DNA of 35,857 nucleotides from a virus (IMGVR_UViG_3300028635_000359:1-35857), one strand, 5' to 3'. Counted from the first letter of the stretch, positions 1-9,661 are shown. Numbers and translations: made by a program. Notes: generated from the letters alone by a model not told the origin.

Positions 1-2610
1 ATTATGAGAAAGCATGGAAGAAGTTGGATCTTCCTGCATCCCGGAGTAATCAGTAACCTCATGAACTTGGATAGAACCATCTGCTAAGCGAACTCGAAGA
101 ACATGAGTTTTTCCTTCACTAAAGGTTACAAAGTCGCTAAGAATGACTCCTGTTGTGTCAGAACCAGACGTTTTTAAAGCCTTTATCCTACCACTTCCAA
201 GCCCCCATTTGGTAATATCGTGATTAACTCTAACAAGATCCCCTCTAGTACATCGAAGGTTTTCAACATCTGTCGTTATGGAATAAGTCTCGGGACGGAG
301 CCTAAGCTGGGCAAGATGGTATCTTCCATGTTTCCATGCAAGTGATGGATGTGTGATTCCTGGAAGCTGGAGTTCTTCAAAGATAGATGCATTTGCTTCT
401 GTATATCCATCATCATAAACTATACGCTCATCAGTCAACCAATCTTTATTTTGATTAGGGAAGGTTACTCTAAAAGCGTGCGGAAGGTTTATAAATTTCT
501 TGGTAGCGCTAAAATCTCGTGAATTGTCAGGCGTAAAAATTTGAGCAACTGTGGAACGTTCTTTATCTATGATAATTGAGATTTGTCCATCTTTATGTGT
601 CATGGATGCTCTGCCAGCGGCAGCTATTAAGTTCGCAGTATCATAAACACTCTTTCTTCCGTCAAGGTACATATTAAAGGTGAAACCATTATCTTTACAA
701 TATTCATGCCATTCTTGAATCTCTTCAAGATTGAGTCTACTATCAGCTATAGCTTTTTTATTAAAAGGCCCTTGAAAAATTGCTCTAAAGAGATCTGCTG
801 GATTATTAGTCGGTACAGGTTCTGTTGACCACTCTTCTGCTGTAGCATTCCAGGACTTGAAAAGAGATGTTGCTATACAGTTAAAGTTTGAGATAACCCC
901 ATTTAAGTTATCTGATGCCTTTATACGCATCTCGAAAAATGAAAGACCAGCTTTTCGAACAGGCTTTACGTTTCTTATTGTACGAAGAGCTGTCCAAGTG
1001 ATTTTATCTAAAATCCTTTCATTATTAGTATCTTCTGAGATTCGTGCTACAGAAACTTCATATTGTCCCCTACTAGGCAGAGCTATGTAAAATGTGCTTC
1101 GTATTGCAGATGTTTCTTTTCCTCCCATAGTTCGTCTGTATGTTAAGGTGCCAGCATTTATATGTACAAACCATGATGGTGGATCAGTTGGTTCAGCACG
1201 GAGATTTGATGGGCCGACTGCTTTTAATTGATCATCTCTTAAATCTGTAATATTTGCAGCAGTAATAGCTGTATCTGTAGAAGCTAAGGAAATACCACAA
1301 ATAGGAGCTACCCATTCTGGTAAGTTAGGGCAACGCCTTTGGGCTGCGGTTGCTGATGCACAACCAAAAAAGGGAACGCCCATATAGGAACTGTCATATC
1401 TTGGTGAAGATGATGTGGTAACAATCTCACCAGAAGTTTTGTTTATGCCTATTCTTGTATATGAATAGCCGATACTAGTTGTAAAATTAGGATCACCTGG
1501 ACCATAAATAATTGATGGTCCAGGTGATCTAACATATACATCAGCTTCTGGTATATCCTGTGTCGCATTACCTATAGACCAGGTACTAGTTCCTACTTTT
1601 CTATATTTAATCTCAAGCTCGACAGCAATCCCTGATTTAGACCCATCATCATGAATCTGTACTAAACCATTTAAAGCTGAAAGATCTAAACTTAAAGCAT
1701 CTGCATCAACTCCTGTAGTTAGTATATGAGGGCCTGTAGAATGTTCAAGTAAGATGCTTAAAGTTTCTTCCTCAATATCATTGGTAAACCACTTAAAGTT
1801 GTCAGTTTCAGGATTAAACTCGGGATAAAACTCAAAATCAACTCTAGTTTCTTGATTATCTCCTTCAACGACATTATAACTGTTTATGTCAGTATCACCT
1901 ATTTTTGGATCTTCCATATGTATTGGTCCATAACCAAGGCAAAAAAGTAATCGTAGGTATTGGTCATTACCAACTATTTCTGTATATGGTTGTGCTCCAT
2001 AAGGAGGAAAGATTTTATGGCGTCCTAAAAGAAGAGGTACTGGTTGCCAATGGTTAACTGTGTTTTTTGCAGCCTCAAGACCAAAGCTGTGGCTTGATTC
2101 TGAAGCAATGCTATTGTCTCGCTCTGGCTTTGGCGGGGGGCAGATTGCATTTACAAGCATCATTCCACCATACATATAAGCAGCGGAGAAAGCCATAGAA
2201 CCATACTGAACAAAAGCAGCTGAGCCTAAAAGCGAACCTAAAGGTTGTGCAGTAAGATAGCCAATACCTGGAAATGCGCCTGCTCCCCAGGAAATGGCAA
2301 TAACAGCCATTGTAAGGACAACTCGAAGAACGTCTTTTCCTCTACCGCGTCCTGTTGGAACAGCTAGAACTTTTATTTGATCTCCAGGGACAGGATAGAA
2401 AGTTTCCCAGTCCTCCCTAGGAATAGGAACATCATTTACAAGAATGATAGCGTCTGTGCCAGGGTAAAAGGTTATTCCTGTGGAATCTACAGTATCAATA
2501 AGGTTTTTTCCAGCTAGGCCGTAACTGAATATGGGAACTTTCTCGAAAGGATGACGCTTTGCTTCAACATTTATACCTTTATCTATGACCATAGGAAGAT
2601 TTTTTATCAT
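1..2610 (-). CDS. Tail tip / host specificity protein (lambda gpI-like N-terminus joined to a gpJ-like hub), truncated by the window edge
   Basis: Absent from the ORF track because it runs off the end. Its ATG (2610) overlaps the upstream TGA. My translation: MIKNLPMVID...VNDVPIPREDWETFYPVPGD...hydrophobic Gly/Ala stretch...PVPLLLGRHKIFPPYGAQPYTEIVGNDQYLRLLFCLGYGP...TNNPADLF...CTRGDLVRVNHD, still open at base 1. It lies downstream of TMP-M-L-K. Confidence 0.88.
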   Translation of the reverse strand, partial: MIKNLPMVIDKGINVEAKRHPFEKVPIFSYGLAGKNLIDTVDSTGITFYPGTDAIILVNDVPIPREDWETFYPVPGDQIKVLAVPTGRGRGKDVLRVVLTMAVIAISWGAGAFPGIGYLTAQPLGSLLGSAAFVQYGSMAFSAAYMYGGMMLVNAICPPPKPERDNSIASESSHSFGLEAAKNTVNHWQPVPLLLGRHKIFPPYGAQPYTEIVGNDQYLRLLFCLGYGPIHMEDPKIGDTDINSYNVVEGDNQETRVDFEFYPEFNPETDNFKWFTNDIEEETLSILLEHSTGPHILTTGVDADALSLDLSALNGLVQIHDDGSKSGIAVELEIKYRKVGTSTWSIGNATQDIPEADVYVRSPGPSIIYGPGDPNFTTSIGYSYTRIGINKTSGEIVTTSSSPRYDSSYMGVPFFGCASATAAQRRCPNLPEWVAPICGISLASTDTAITAANITDLRDDQLKAVGPSNLRAEPTDPPSWFVHINAGTLTYRRTMGGKETSAIRSTFYIALPSRGQYEVSVARISEDTNNERILDKITWTALRTIRNVKPVRKAGLSFFEMRIKASDNLNGVISNFNCIATSLFKSWNATAEEWSTEPVPTNNPADLFRAIFQGPFNKKAIADSRLNLEEIQEWHEYCKDNGFTFNMYLDGRKSVYDTANLIAAAGRASMTHKDGQISIIIDKERSTVAQIFTPDNSRDFSATKKFINLPHAFRVTFPNQNKDWLTDERIVYDDGYTEANASIFEELQLPGITHPSLAWKHGRYHLAQLRLRPETYSITTDVENLRCTRGDLVRVNHDITKWGLGSGRIKALKTSGSDTTGVILSDFVTFSEGKTHVLRVRLADGSIQVHEVTDYSGMQEDPTSSMLSHN

Positions 2611-3029
2611 CTTATACCCTCTTTATAACGATAGAAACCTAGTACCCTGTGACGCCATTGAGCACTTGTGTAATTTTCAATAGTTGTGTTAGATCCCTTA
2701 AAGACATGTATCATTTTTCTCTTTTCAATGACAACACCAATATGCATGGGAATACCCAAAATGCGAAGCAAAATTATATCAAATGGCTGCTCTTTTCCTG
2801 AAGGAATAGCTTCCCACTTCATTTTTTGAAACTCAATAATGGCGGCTATTTCTTCACGGGTTTCTGAGGTAGAATAAGAATCGGTAAAAGAAGGAAGGAT
2901 TATTCCTAACTCTTCTTTGTATATATGCCTAGCAAGACCCCAACAATCAAAACCTTTTTCTGTTCGGCCCTTGTCTGCATATTTTAAGCCTACGTATTTA
3001 GAAAAGACCTGGGAACTGTGAAGGCACAA
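2607..3029 (-). CDS. NlpC/P60 family tail-associated peptidase (gpK-like position)
   Basis: Contains GFDCWGL with catalytic Cys, HIGV His and MIH. The TTG start is preceded by AGGAG inside the upstream gene. Confidence 0.9.
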   Translation of the reverse strand: MCLHSSQVFSKYVGLKYADKGRTEKGFDCWGLARHIYKEELGIILPSFTDSYSTSETREEIAAIIEFQKMKWEAIPSGKEQPFDIILLRILGIPMHIGVVIEKRKMIHVFKGSNTTIENYTSAQWRHRVLGFYRYKEGIR

Positions 3030-3468
3030 AAGAATCTCCTTGTACCGGTTCTGTCAGAAAATCTTCAATGGAAATATCACCAGTTATTGTAAGAGCATTG
3101 TAATCAACTGTTACAAGTTTAAAACCCTCAAACGCTATCTCAATTACATCAGGATTACTGGCAAGAACCAGTTTAACATTTATTACTGGGCTGGAAGTCA
3201 TTTTACGAATCGCATCAGTAAGATCACGACTCACGTTACCTATTATTATTTTTGCTTTTGAGACAGATTCTGCTACATCATCAGGCAGGGTAATGTCAAA
3301 AGGATAGTAAACATAAAGATTTCCTCCACTGGTTATATTGCTTCCACCAGAGCAAACACGAATATCATCTGGAAGTGTTGGGTGTGAAATCTCTATAAGA
3401 AGAATAAAAACTTCTTCTGTTTGCTGTGAGAAAATAGCTTCTCGAAAGGTAACTGAACCTGTTCTCAT
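2998..3468 (-). CDS. Minor tail protein, DUF1833-like (gpL position)
   Basis: LIEISHPTL..IRV, YPFDITLPDD, IGNVSRDL and F.P..FPGLF pattern, plus synteny in the tail tip cluster. Confidence 0.78.
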   Translation of the reverse strand: MRTGSVTFREAIFSQQTEEVFILLIEISHPTLPDDIRVCSGGSNITSGGNLYVYYPFDITLPDDVAESVSKAKIIIGNVSRDLTDAIRKMTSSPVINVKLVLASNPDVIEIAFEGFKLVTVDYNALTITGDISIEDFLTEPVQGDSFVPSQFPGLF

Positions 3469-3815
3469 GGTAAAATCTCCACTGTTAAGTTAACACTAAA
3501 GAATCCGCCTCCTATGGGAGTAACTTTAACAGGAGGGACAATGTTAAACTGAATAGAAGTTCCGTGAATAGGATGAGTCCAGTCTACAGGAAGTGCTCCT
3601 TCTGCAAGATCTACTTTGTAGAAAGTAGTAAAGTAGCCGAGTTCGGCTTTGGTAAAAATAAAAGGAAAAGTAGCTTTGTTAACATTAGCTTGAGTTCGTC
3701 TACGTACTTTAGGTGGACCTTTATCCATCTCTGTACGAAGAAGATTATCAGCAAAAGTTTCCTCATAACCACTTTCAATTGGTTCATCTGGAAGCGTAGA
3801 GGGCCAGTCAGGCAT
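3465..3815 (-). CDS. Distal/minor tail protein (gpM position)
   Basis: WP..LP...GY...RTEMDKGPPKVRRR motif, immediately after the tape measure gene. Confidence 0.75.
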   Translation of the reverse strand: MPDWPSTLPDEPIESGYEETFADNLLRTEMDKGPPKVRRRTQANVNKATFPFIFTKAELGYFTTFYKVDLAEGALPVDWTHPIHGTSIQFNIVPPVKVTPIGGGFFSVNLTVEILP

Positions 3816-3816
3816 G

Positions 3817-6672
3817 TTACCTCCCTATCATAGCAGGTGTAAGACCATAAACATTACCAAGGACAGCCTTACCCTTTCCTGTCGCTAAAGACTGAGCCAT
3901 TATGTTTTCAATAAATACGTCAATTCTTTCGCCTCCGTTACTGTTTGGAGAGCGTTTTACCTGAGTTCCTGGAGGAGCATTATGAATATGTACCTCGACT
4001 TTGCCAGAATCTTGGCCTAGAGGAGAAACTTTTTCAGGTCCATTTTCACCAAGCTCATAAGCTTTTCCAGAGTAAAGTCCTATTCCGTGGACAGGCTCCT
4101 GGAGGATTCCACCATCTGCAAAACTAAGTTTAGGAAACCAGGAAGTTGCCATAAAAGCTTCTGCAATAGGCTTTGTTATGCTCATTCTTATAAGAATACG
4201 GTTAAGATCGCTAAGGATAGAAACAGCCATATCACGAAAGCTAATTTTTCCTGTTTCAGCCATCTTAACGATAGCATCCTCGATAGAAGTAAAAACGTTT
4301 ACAACAGCATCTTTGAAGGCTTCAAAAGTATTATACCTAGTGATTTCATCAAAAGCTGCTGCTGTTGCTTGTTTCCAGTTTCCAGTGCTTCTTGCGGTAT
4401 CATCAATCGTGTTCTTGAAGTCGTTTAAGGCTTTTTGACCTTCTTTTGTTACTGGAGAAATATCAGATATTTTCTTTTTAAAGTCTTCAAATAATCTTTG
4501 AGCCTCAATATTATATTCTTTAGTTCCTTCGCCATAAAGACGCTTCAATTTTTCAATGCTAGCTTCAAACTCTTCACTATATCTATTAATCTTAGCGATA
4601 GCGACATTGTCAAAAAGCCCATCTAAGTTTTCTTTAAGTTGTTCTGCTTTTTCTCGAAGATCAGCCATATGAAGACCTAAAGTCTCCATTAATATAAAAT
4701 CTCCACTATCTGCGGCAATTAACCAAGCCTGTTGTATCTCTGCAAGTTGGTCATTTACATCGGCTAAGTTTTTTACGAGTTCCTTTTCAGCGGAATCATA
4801 AACCCTAAAGGCGTTTTCAACCTCACCACTTTTAGCGTAAGTTTGCAGGTTTTTAAAAAGGCTTGTCTGTGTTTTATCCAACTCTTCAGCCATTTCTTTA
4901 GCTTCTGCAAGAGTATTAACAAAACGTAATCTGTCGTCTAACGCACCACTTTCTTTAAAAAGACGATTAGGATCAAAGACTTTGTTAAAAATGTCTACAA
5001 TGCCCTCTAGCATGTTAGTGAAATTACCTAAAAAGTTTTCTTTGTAAGTATCAGCAAATTCTTTATCAACACCCCGAAGACCACTTCTGGAAGTCTCAAG
5101 AATGGACTTTGCTCTCATTGATTCAATTTCTAAAGACATCTTTTTTGCACTAACTTTAAGCATTGCCCATAAAGTCTTTAGTTTTTCTGAGCCACTTGCT
5201 GCATTCATAAATTGTTTTGAAAGTTCTTCATGAGCTTTTGCACTTAAAATTTCAGCATCAGTAAACTCTCTTATAGATTTTTTAGTTTTATCCATGTTGT
5301 CAGACATACCTTTAAATGCTGTTTGCATAAAAACAAAGCCAGAATATAATGCAAGAACAGGAATTATTAAAGTTAAGAATCTTCTAGTCACGATTAAAAG
5401 CTTTGGTAATAGGGATATAAGGATGCTATTTAGTGTTAAAAAAGCTTTACCAAGAAGCTTTGTTGCTCCAGTAGTTAAGGCTATGGCTTCATACATAAGA
5501 AAATACTTAACAACCTTTTTCGCGGTATCGCTGAAGTTATCGTAAACAGTTGCTAAAGCAGCAACACTTTTTATAACCTTTTCAAAAGATGTAAGAACTA
5601 GGTCTAAAGCCTTTGCAAGAGTTTCCATAAGAATCGTCATTCTCATGAAGTCTTTATTATTCGCAAGATCCTTAAAGCCCTTGTTCCAGTCCATAGCATG
5701 TTGAGCAAACACACTCGCAAAAATATTACCTACACCTGCTTGCCTGCTTGCCTGCTGAACACTAACAGTAAGCACCCTACGAATGCTTTTCTCCCAAACA
5801 GCCATAGCTGCGCTAACATCAGTAGTCATGATAAGGTAGCGAATGTTTTTATAGTGTTCATGTACCTTATCAAGAATCTTTTCAAAAACTTCGGTGCTAT
5901 TGGTCATTTTCTTTAAAGCATCAATTTCTTCATCCGAGATAATTCTGAAATTAATCAAAGATCGCAAAAGAACATTGTTTGCTCTTTCATAGCCAGTCAT
6001 TAAGCCAGTTATTTCTGAACGAAGCTGAGTTGCGGTGGAGCCTGTAGTTTTTGCGATAAGGGTGGTGAAGTCAACGAAAGAAGCAAACTTCTCCATCATG
6101 TCACCACCAAGAACAACACCATGCTGATAAACTTCATCTAGGGCTGTACTAAGTTCTTGTATGGAAGAAACTGAGGTAATGCTAGCCTCAGCAAGGGCAT
6201 CAACAGTTCCGGCAGAAGCTTTAAAAGCCCGCTGAAATTGTATCTGCCCTTGAGAGGCCATGACGGTGAACATAGCAAGTTTGGACTGGAGAGAAACAAG
6301 TTCACCGGAGTCTTTGATTGCTTGAACAATAGTCTCAGAGGTATGAGAAAGAAGGTTCTCGAAAGCATTCATTGCTCGATAAGCAACAGTAAATCCAATA
6401 GCGACTGCACCAAAACGTTGCCACCAAGCATCTAAGATGCTGGAGTAGTCTTTAGCTGCTCTTACTCCTTGTCTTGTTTTTTCAGTGAAAACACCAAGGC
6501 CATTTGAAACTTTTTGCTGAGAAGCCGCGATCTTATTATTAGTATCAGCCATAGCTCCCATAGACATTTTATTAATGCTATTGCTGATCTCTTCTAGCGT
6601 ATTGGCTATAGACTTTAGGCTTGTATTAACTGCTTCAGCATTAGTTTCAAAGCGAAGTTCAAACTCGTTCAT
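3817..6672 (-). CDS. Tail tape measure protein
   Basis: 951 aa, helical and Ala/Leu/Lys rich, with a hydrophobic central part and a C-terminal FADGG...GENGPE motif. Follows the chaperone pair. Confidence 0.92.
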   Translation of the reverse strand: MNEFELRFETNAEAVNTSLKSIANTLEEISNSINKMSMGAMADTNNKIAASQQKVSNGLGVFTEKTRQGVRAAKDYSSILDAWWQRFGAVAIGFTVAYRAMNAFENLLSHTSETIVQAIKDSGELVSLQSKLAMFTVMASQGQIQFQRAFKASAGTVDALAEASITSVSSIQELSTALDEVYQHGVVLGGDMMEKFASFVDFTTLIAKTTGSTATQLRSEITGLMTGYERANNVLLRSLINFRIISDEEIDALKKMTNSTEVFEKILDKVHEHYKNIRYLIMTTDVSAAMAVWEKSIRRVLTVSVQQASRQAGVGNIFASVFAQHAMDWNKGFKDLANNKDFMRMTILMETLAKALDLVLTSFEKVIKSVAALATVYDNFSDTAKKVVKYFLMYEAIALTTGATKLLGKAFLTLNSILISLLPKLLIVTRRFLTLIIPVLALYSGFVFMQTAFKGMSDNMDKTKKSIREFTDAEILSAKAHEELSKQFMNAASGSEKLKTLWAMLKVSAKKMSLEIESMRAKSILETSRSGLRGVDKEFADTYKENFLGNFTNMLEGIVDIFNKVFDPNRLFKESGALDDRLRFVNTLAEAKEMAEELDKTQTSLFKNLQTYAKSGEVENAFRVYDSAEKELVKNLADVNDQLAEIQQAWLIAADSGDFILMETLGLHMADLREKAEQLKENLDGLFDNVAIAKINRYSEEFEASIEKLKRLYGEGTKEYNIEAQRLFEDFKKKISDISPVTKEGQKALNDFKNTIDDTARSTGNWKQATAAAFDEITRYNTFEAFKDAVVNVFTSIEDAIVKMAETGKISFRDMAVSILSDLNRILIRMSITKPIAEAFMATSWFPKLSFADGGILQEPVHGIGLYSGKAYELGENGPEKVSPLGQDSGKVEVHIHNAPPGTQVKRSPNSNGGERIDVFIENIMAQSLATGKGKAVLGNVYGLTPAMIGR

Positions 6673-6953
6673 TTAAGCATCCTCATAGCTTTTGCAAGTT
6701 CCCTTTTATAAAAACCTTCTGTGTAATGCCCATGAACTTTTAACAAGCTTTCGAGTTCTTCCTTTCCAGCATCGTTAAACAGTAATGATAATGCTACCGT
6801 TTGCAATGCTCGTTGTCTTAAAGCTTCATGATAAAGAATCCTAAGTTTTGTTCTAGGAAACTTCATCGCCCTCTCAATGTCTATGTTTAAAACTGCCGCT
6901 ACTGTTCCTGCTTCTTTAAGTTTCTCAATAGATGCTACTGAGAAACTTTTGGG
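6669..6953 (-). CDS. Tail assembly chaperone C-terminal extension (gpT-like), probably reached by -1 frameshift
   Basis: The frame of ORF 6669..6866 stays open upstream to the CCCAAAA site at 6947-6953, in the -1 frame of the preceding gene. Confidence 0.75.
   Translation of the reverse strand, partial: PKSFSVASIEKLKEAGTVAAVLNIDIERAMKFPRTKLRILYHEALRQRALQTVALSLLFNDAGKEELESLLKVHGHYTEGFYKRELAKAMRMLK
6917..6953 (-). promoter_or_regulatory. Programmed -1 ribosomal frameshift site C CCA AAA with 3' hairpin
   Basis: In-phase X XXY YYZ heptamer three codons before the TAG, followed by the inverted repeat AGTTTCTCAGTAG-CAT-CTATTGAGAAACT. Confidence 0.75.
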
Positions 6954-7207
6954 AATAAATTTTCGTTAATCCAAGACATCATCTTTGAAAGAGCTACAAC
7001 ACCGTACTCTTTAAGAAGTTCAACATCACAGCCTATAAGCTTTGCGACAACCTCTCGCTGTTCCTTAATACCTTTGTCTTCCAAGCTGGTAAGCATGTTC
7101 TGAACCTCTTCAGAAACATCTTTAACCACAAAGATCTTGTCCTTAATTTTGATTCTTACGGCTTCCTCGTTTAAAACTGCCTCAACATCAAATACTTTTT
7201 CAGACAT
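6935..7207 (-). CDS. Tail assembly chaperone (gpG-like)
   Basis: Lies between tail tube and tape measure. Start MSEKVF follows a GGAGG SD, and the gene ends in a slippery site. Confidence 0.78.
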   Translation of the reverse strand: MSEKVFDVEAVLNEEAVRIKIKDKIFVVKDVSEEVQNMLTSLEDKGIKEQREVVAKLIGCDVELLKEYGVVALSKMMSWINENLFPKVSQ

Positions 7208-7247
7208 TTTATTCCTCCATTCTTTTTTATAGCGCTTATTTACACTA

Positions 7248-7628
7248 TCATGAGATAGTATAAATAAGCCCTGCATCATTTCTCTTGAAATGAAAAGTTA
7301 CATCAAATGTTTGTTGAGTAAAAGTACCAAAACTTAAATTGTCAGGAAAGAAGAGTTTGCAGCTATAAAGTGTTATTACAAAGTTCTCTGTGATCCCTGT
7401 TATGGTGAGGTTGCCATAATCAGTAAATTGTAAACTGTCAATTATGTTGACAGTTGACGAAAGCGAGAAGAGTTTTAAAGTTCCAGTACCACCATAGCAT
7501 CTACGCTGCATCTTCCCTGAGGAAAGTCCTACGTAAGAATGGTATAGGAGGGCAAGACTTCCACCCCCAGAAGTCTTGCCCAGGTTGTTGGAGTTGTGCT
7601 GGATAGTAGCTGGACCGAAAACTATCAT
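7248..7628 (-). CDS. Tail tube protein paralog (minor tube-like protein)
   Basis: Shares GP..I, LGKT.GG, ITLY and L.(F/Y)...TQ motifs, in order, with the adjacent major tail protein. Confidence 0.6.
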   Translation of the reverse strand: MIVFGPATIQHNSNNLGKTSGGGSLALLYHSYVGLSSGKMQRRCYGGTGTLKLFSLSSTVNIIDSLQFTDYGNLTITGITENFVITLYSCKLFFPDNLSFGTFTQQTFDVTFHFKRNDAGLIYTIS

Positions 7629-8152
7629 TCTTCTGCCGTATCATCCCCGACGCAAGCGATATTACTATTATCATCCGCATAACCAGTTGCCTCAAAAGCA
7701 AGCACACGCTGAGTTTCTTCATCATAGGTAAGCTCAGTGGCGGCACGAATACCAGCCTTGTAAAGGGTGATCCACTTGTTTGCGTCAGTGGTAGGAGCAC
7801 CATCTTCATAAGGCTTAATCACGATCTTTTTGGCGTTATCCATTAATGATGTGCCTGTGTTTGGTGTAATCAAGACCTTCTTTTTGGTACCATCTTCAAT
7901 CACAACGCTTTTAGTGATGAAAGCAAAATTCTCGAGCGTGATATCTGCAAGAGAAGCTGTGATTTTTACCTCTGTACCAGTGATGGTTTCACCTTCAGGC
8001 GTTTTACCTGACTGATCAGAATGAAGCGTCTGATAAGTCTCACTGATAGAGAGTTTAACTCCACCATGCGTTTTTCCAAGATCATTCAAACTACCTGCAC
8101 TTCCGTTAACGTCAGTATATAGAATCTGACAAGGCCCAATCTCCAGTGCCAT
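7625..8152 (-). CDS. Major tail tube protein
   Basis: IGPCQI...DLGKTHGGV.L...E..Q.L..DQ.G.TP motif, strong SD, and position after the neck genes. Confidence 0.85.
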   Translation of the reverse strand: MALEIGPCQILYTDVNGSAGSLNDLGKTHGGVKLSISETYQTLHSDQSGKTPEGETITGTEVKITASLADITLENFAFITKSVVIEDGTKKKVLITPNTGTSLMDNAKKIVIKPYEDGAPTTDANKWITLYKAGIRAATELTYDEETQRVLAFEATGYADDNSNIACVGDDTAEE

Positions 8153-8174
8153 AGTATTTTCCTCCTTTTTAGGA

Positions 8175-8567
8175 TTATTCTTCTATTTCTTCTTCTTCTT
8201 CTTCTTCTTCTTCTTCGTTGTAACTTACGTTTACAATTACCGCATAGATTGTTCTTTTTAAAGGATCTTCACCATAGTAAATTGTGCTAGGTCTTCCTAC
8301 AACAGACCATCCTGTGCTTAAAAGCCCAGTTTTTCCTTTTAATAAGTTATGTATTGTTTTTGCTGTTGTTTTGGAAGTGTTAGAATTTTTAAAAATGCAT
8401 AAAATAGTGATTGCGTAATCATCAAAATCTGTATTTCCGCCGTTTACTATCTCCCTAACAACAACACCCTCGAAATCGTCAGTATCGAGAGAATCAAGAA
8501 AAAGGTCTACACCCTCTACTAAGGAAGTTTTTTCTGCTAAAAATTCAGCAATTATCTCATCGACCAT
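8175..8567 (-). CDS. Putative tail terminator / minor virion protein
   Basis: Size and position directly before the tail tube gene; acidic C-terminal tail. Confidence 0.6.
   Translation of the reverse strand: MVDEIIAEFLAEKTSLVEGVDLFLDSLDTDDFEGVVVREIVNGGNTDFDDYAITILCIFKNSNTSKTTAKTIHNLLKGKTGLLSTGWSVVGRPSTIYYGEDPLKRTIYAVIVNVSYNEEEEEEEEEEIEE
8187..8216 (-). repeat. (GAA)10 microsatellite encoding poly-Glu
   Basis: Ten perfect TTC units on the + strand. Confidence 0.95.
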
Positions 8568-9046
8568 TTTCTTGCCAGCCTCCTGATTGACTCAAAACCT
8601 ACCTTTGCCATTATAGATTGTGTAAGGGTGTAAGATATTTCTTTAGAAATATATGCTTTTTCTCCGAGAACATAAGGAGCGTAATCAAACATTTTATTTC
8701 CTGCAGCATCAATATAGTAAACTGTGGCGTTAGGGCCAGCTGGTTTTGGTGTTGTAAATATTATGGTTATGGTATGCCTACCTTCCCTACGAGTAGGTAA
8801 TGATGGCGGTATGGGAGTAGATATGCCATATATACCAGTTGTCGTTCCTAAATCACTTTCTGCCACTAAAGTACCATCAACATAAGCGAAACCACTATTT
8901 ACTAGCCTCCCTGTGTCTACAGGCACATAGGGAAGAAGATGCTGTAAAGTCGCCCTTGCCATATCACAAGCTTCGTCGTAACTTGTATCATCTACAAAGT
9001 TTCTGCACTTGTTAATAGCATCTCTTAATGGTCGTGCTTTAGGCAT
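8552..9046 (-). CDS. Neck / tail completion protein (HK97 gp10-like)
   Basis: VPVDTGRLVNS motif and a YA.YV-like motif; synteny. Confidence 0.7.
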   Translation of the reverse strand: MPKARPLRDAINKCRNFVDDTSYDEACDMARATLQHLLPYVPVDTGRLVNSGFAYVDGTLVAESDLGTTTGIYGISTPIPPSLPTRREGRHTITIIFTTPKPAGPNATVYYIDAAGNKMFDYAPYVLGEKAYISKEISYTLTQSIMAKVGFESIRRLARKWSMR

Positions 9047-9356
9047 AGGTTATTTCCATATGGCTAAATTTCAATGTTACATCATCCCAAAAGCGATCAA
9101 ATCCCTTTATCTCAAAAACTCTTCCGTCATAAGAAAGATAACAGTTCGTAAGGTCAACGTCCTTGAAAATAATGCAAAGGCTTGTGCCTATTTCTGCAAC
9201 ACCTTGAACGCCTCCAGTGAAGGGAGCAAACCTAGAAATGCCTGTTCTTTCCTCTACATAAGCATCAAAAGAACCCACAAGCGTAGGTGTAGTTTCCTCA
9301 CGCTTCCAGTTCTTTTCTCGCCTATAAATTTTTACTATTTTGTTTCCTTGGGCCAT
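9039..9356 (-). CDS. Putative head closure (stopper) protein
   Basis: 105 aa, beta-rich, with YDGRVFEI and H.EI near the C-terminus; second gene after the capsid. Confidence 0.6.
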   Translation of the reverse strand: MAQGNKIVKIYRREKNWKREETTPTLVGSFDAYVEERTGISRFAPFTGGVQGVAEIGTSLCIIFKDVDLTNCYLSYDGRVFEIKGFDRFWDDVTLKFSHMEITYA

Positions 9357-9661
9357 TTGTACCTATCCAAATCATAATTTGTTTGTATGCCCGGATCGAC
9401 ACCAAGCCTTCCTGCCTTAAGAGACCTTGCATATTCTTTATACATCTGATCATAAAACTTATACTTAGAGGTTTCTTCTCTGTAAAGAGTGCCCATTCGA
9501 TAAGTCGCTTTAAACTTCTTCCTAAGAAGATTGAAAACGTTCATAGCGGCTTGTCGAACTTGATCATCAGTGAATTTTGCAAGGATAAGGTTAAGTTCAT
9601 CACTAGTTAGTTCTGCAAGAGCCTGAGAACCTGTTTCTAAAAGAAGGACGCTTTCTTTCAT
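9335..9661 (-). CDS. Putative head-tail adaptor
   Basis: 108 aa, helical, LT.DEL..IL pattern; first gene after the capsid. Confidence 0.55.
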   Translation of the reverse strand: MKESVLLLETGSQALAELTSDELNLILAKFTDDQVRQAAMNVFNLLRKKFKATYRMGTLYREETSKYKFYDQMYKEYARSLKAGRLGVDPGIQTNYDLDRYKWPKETK

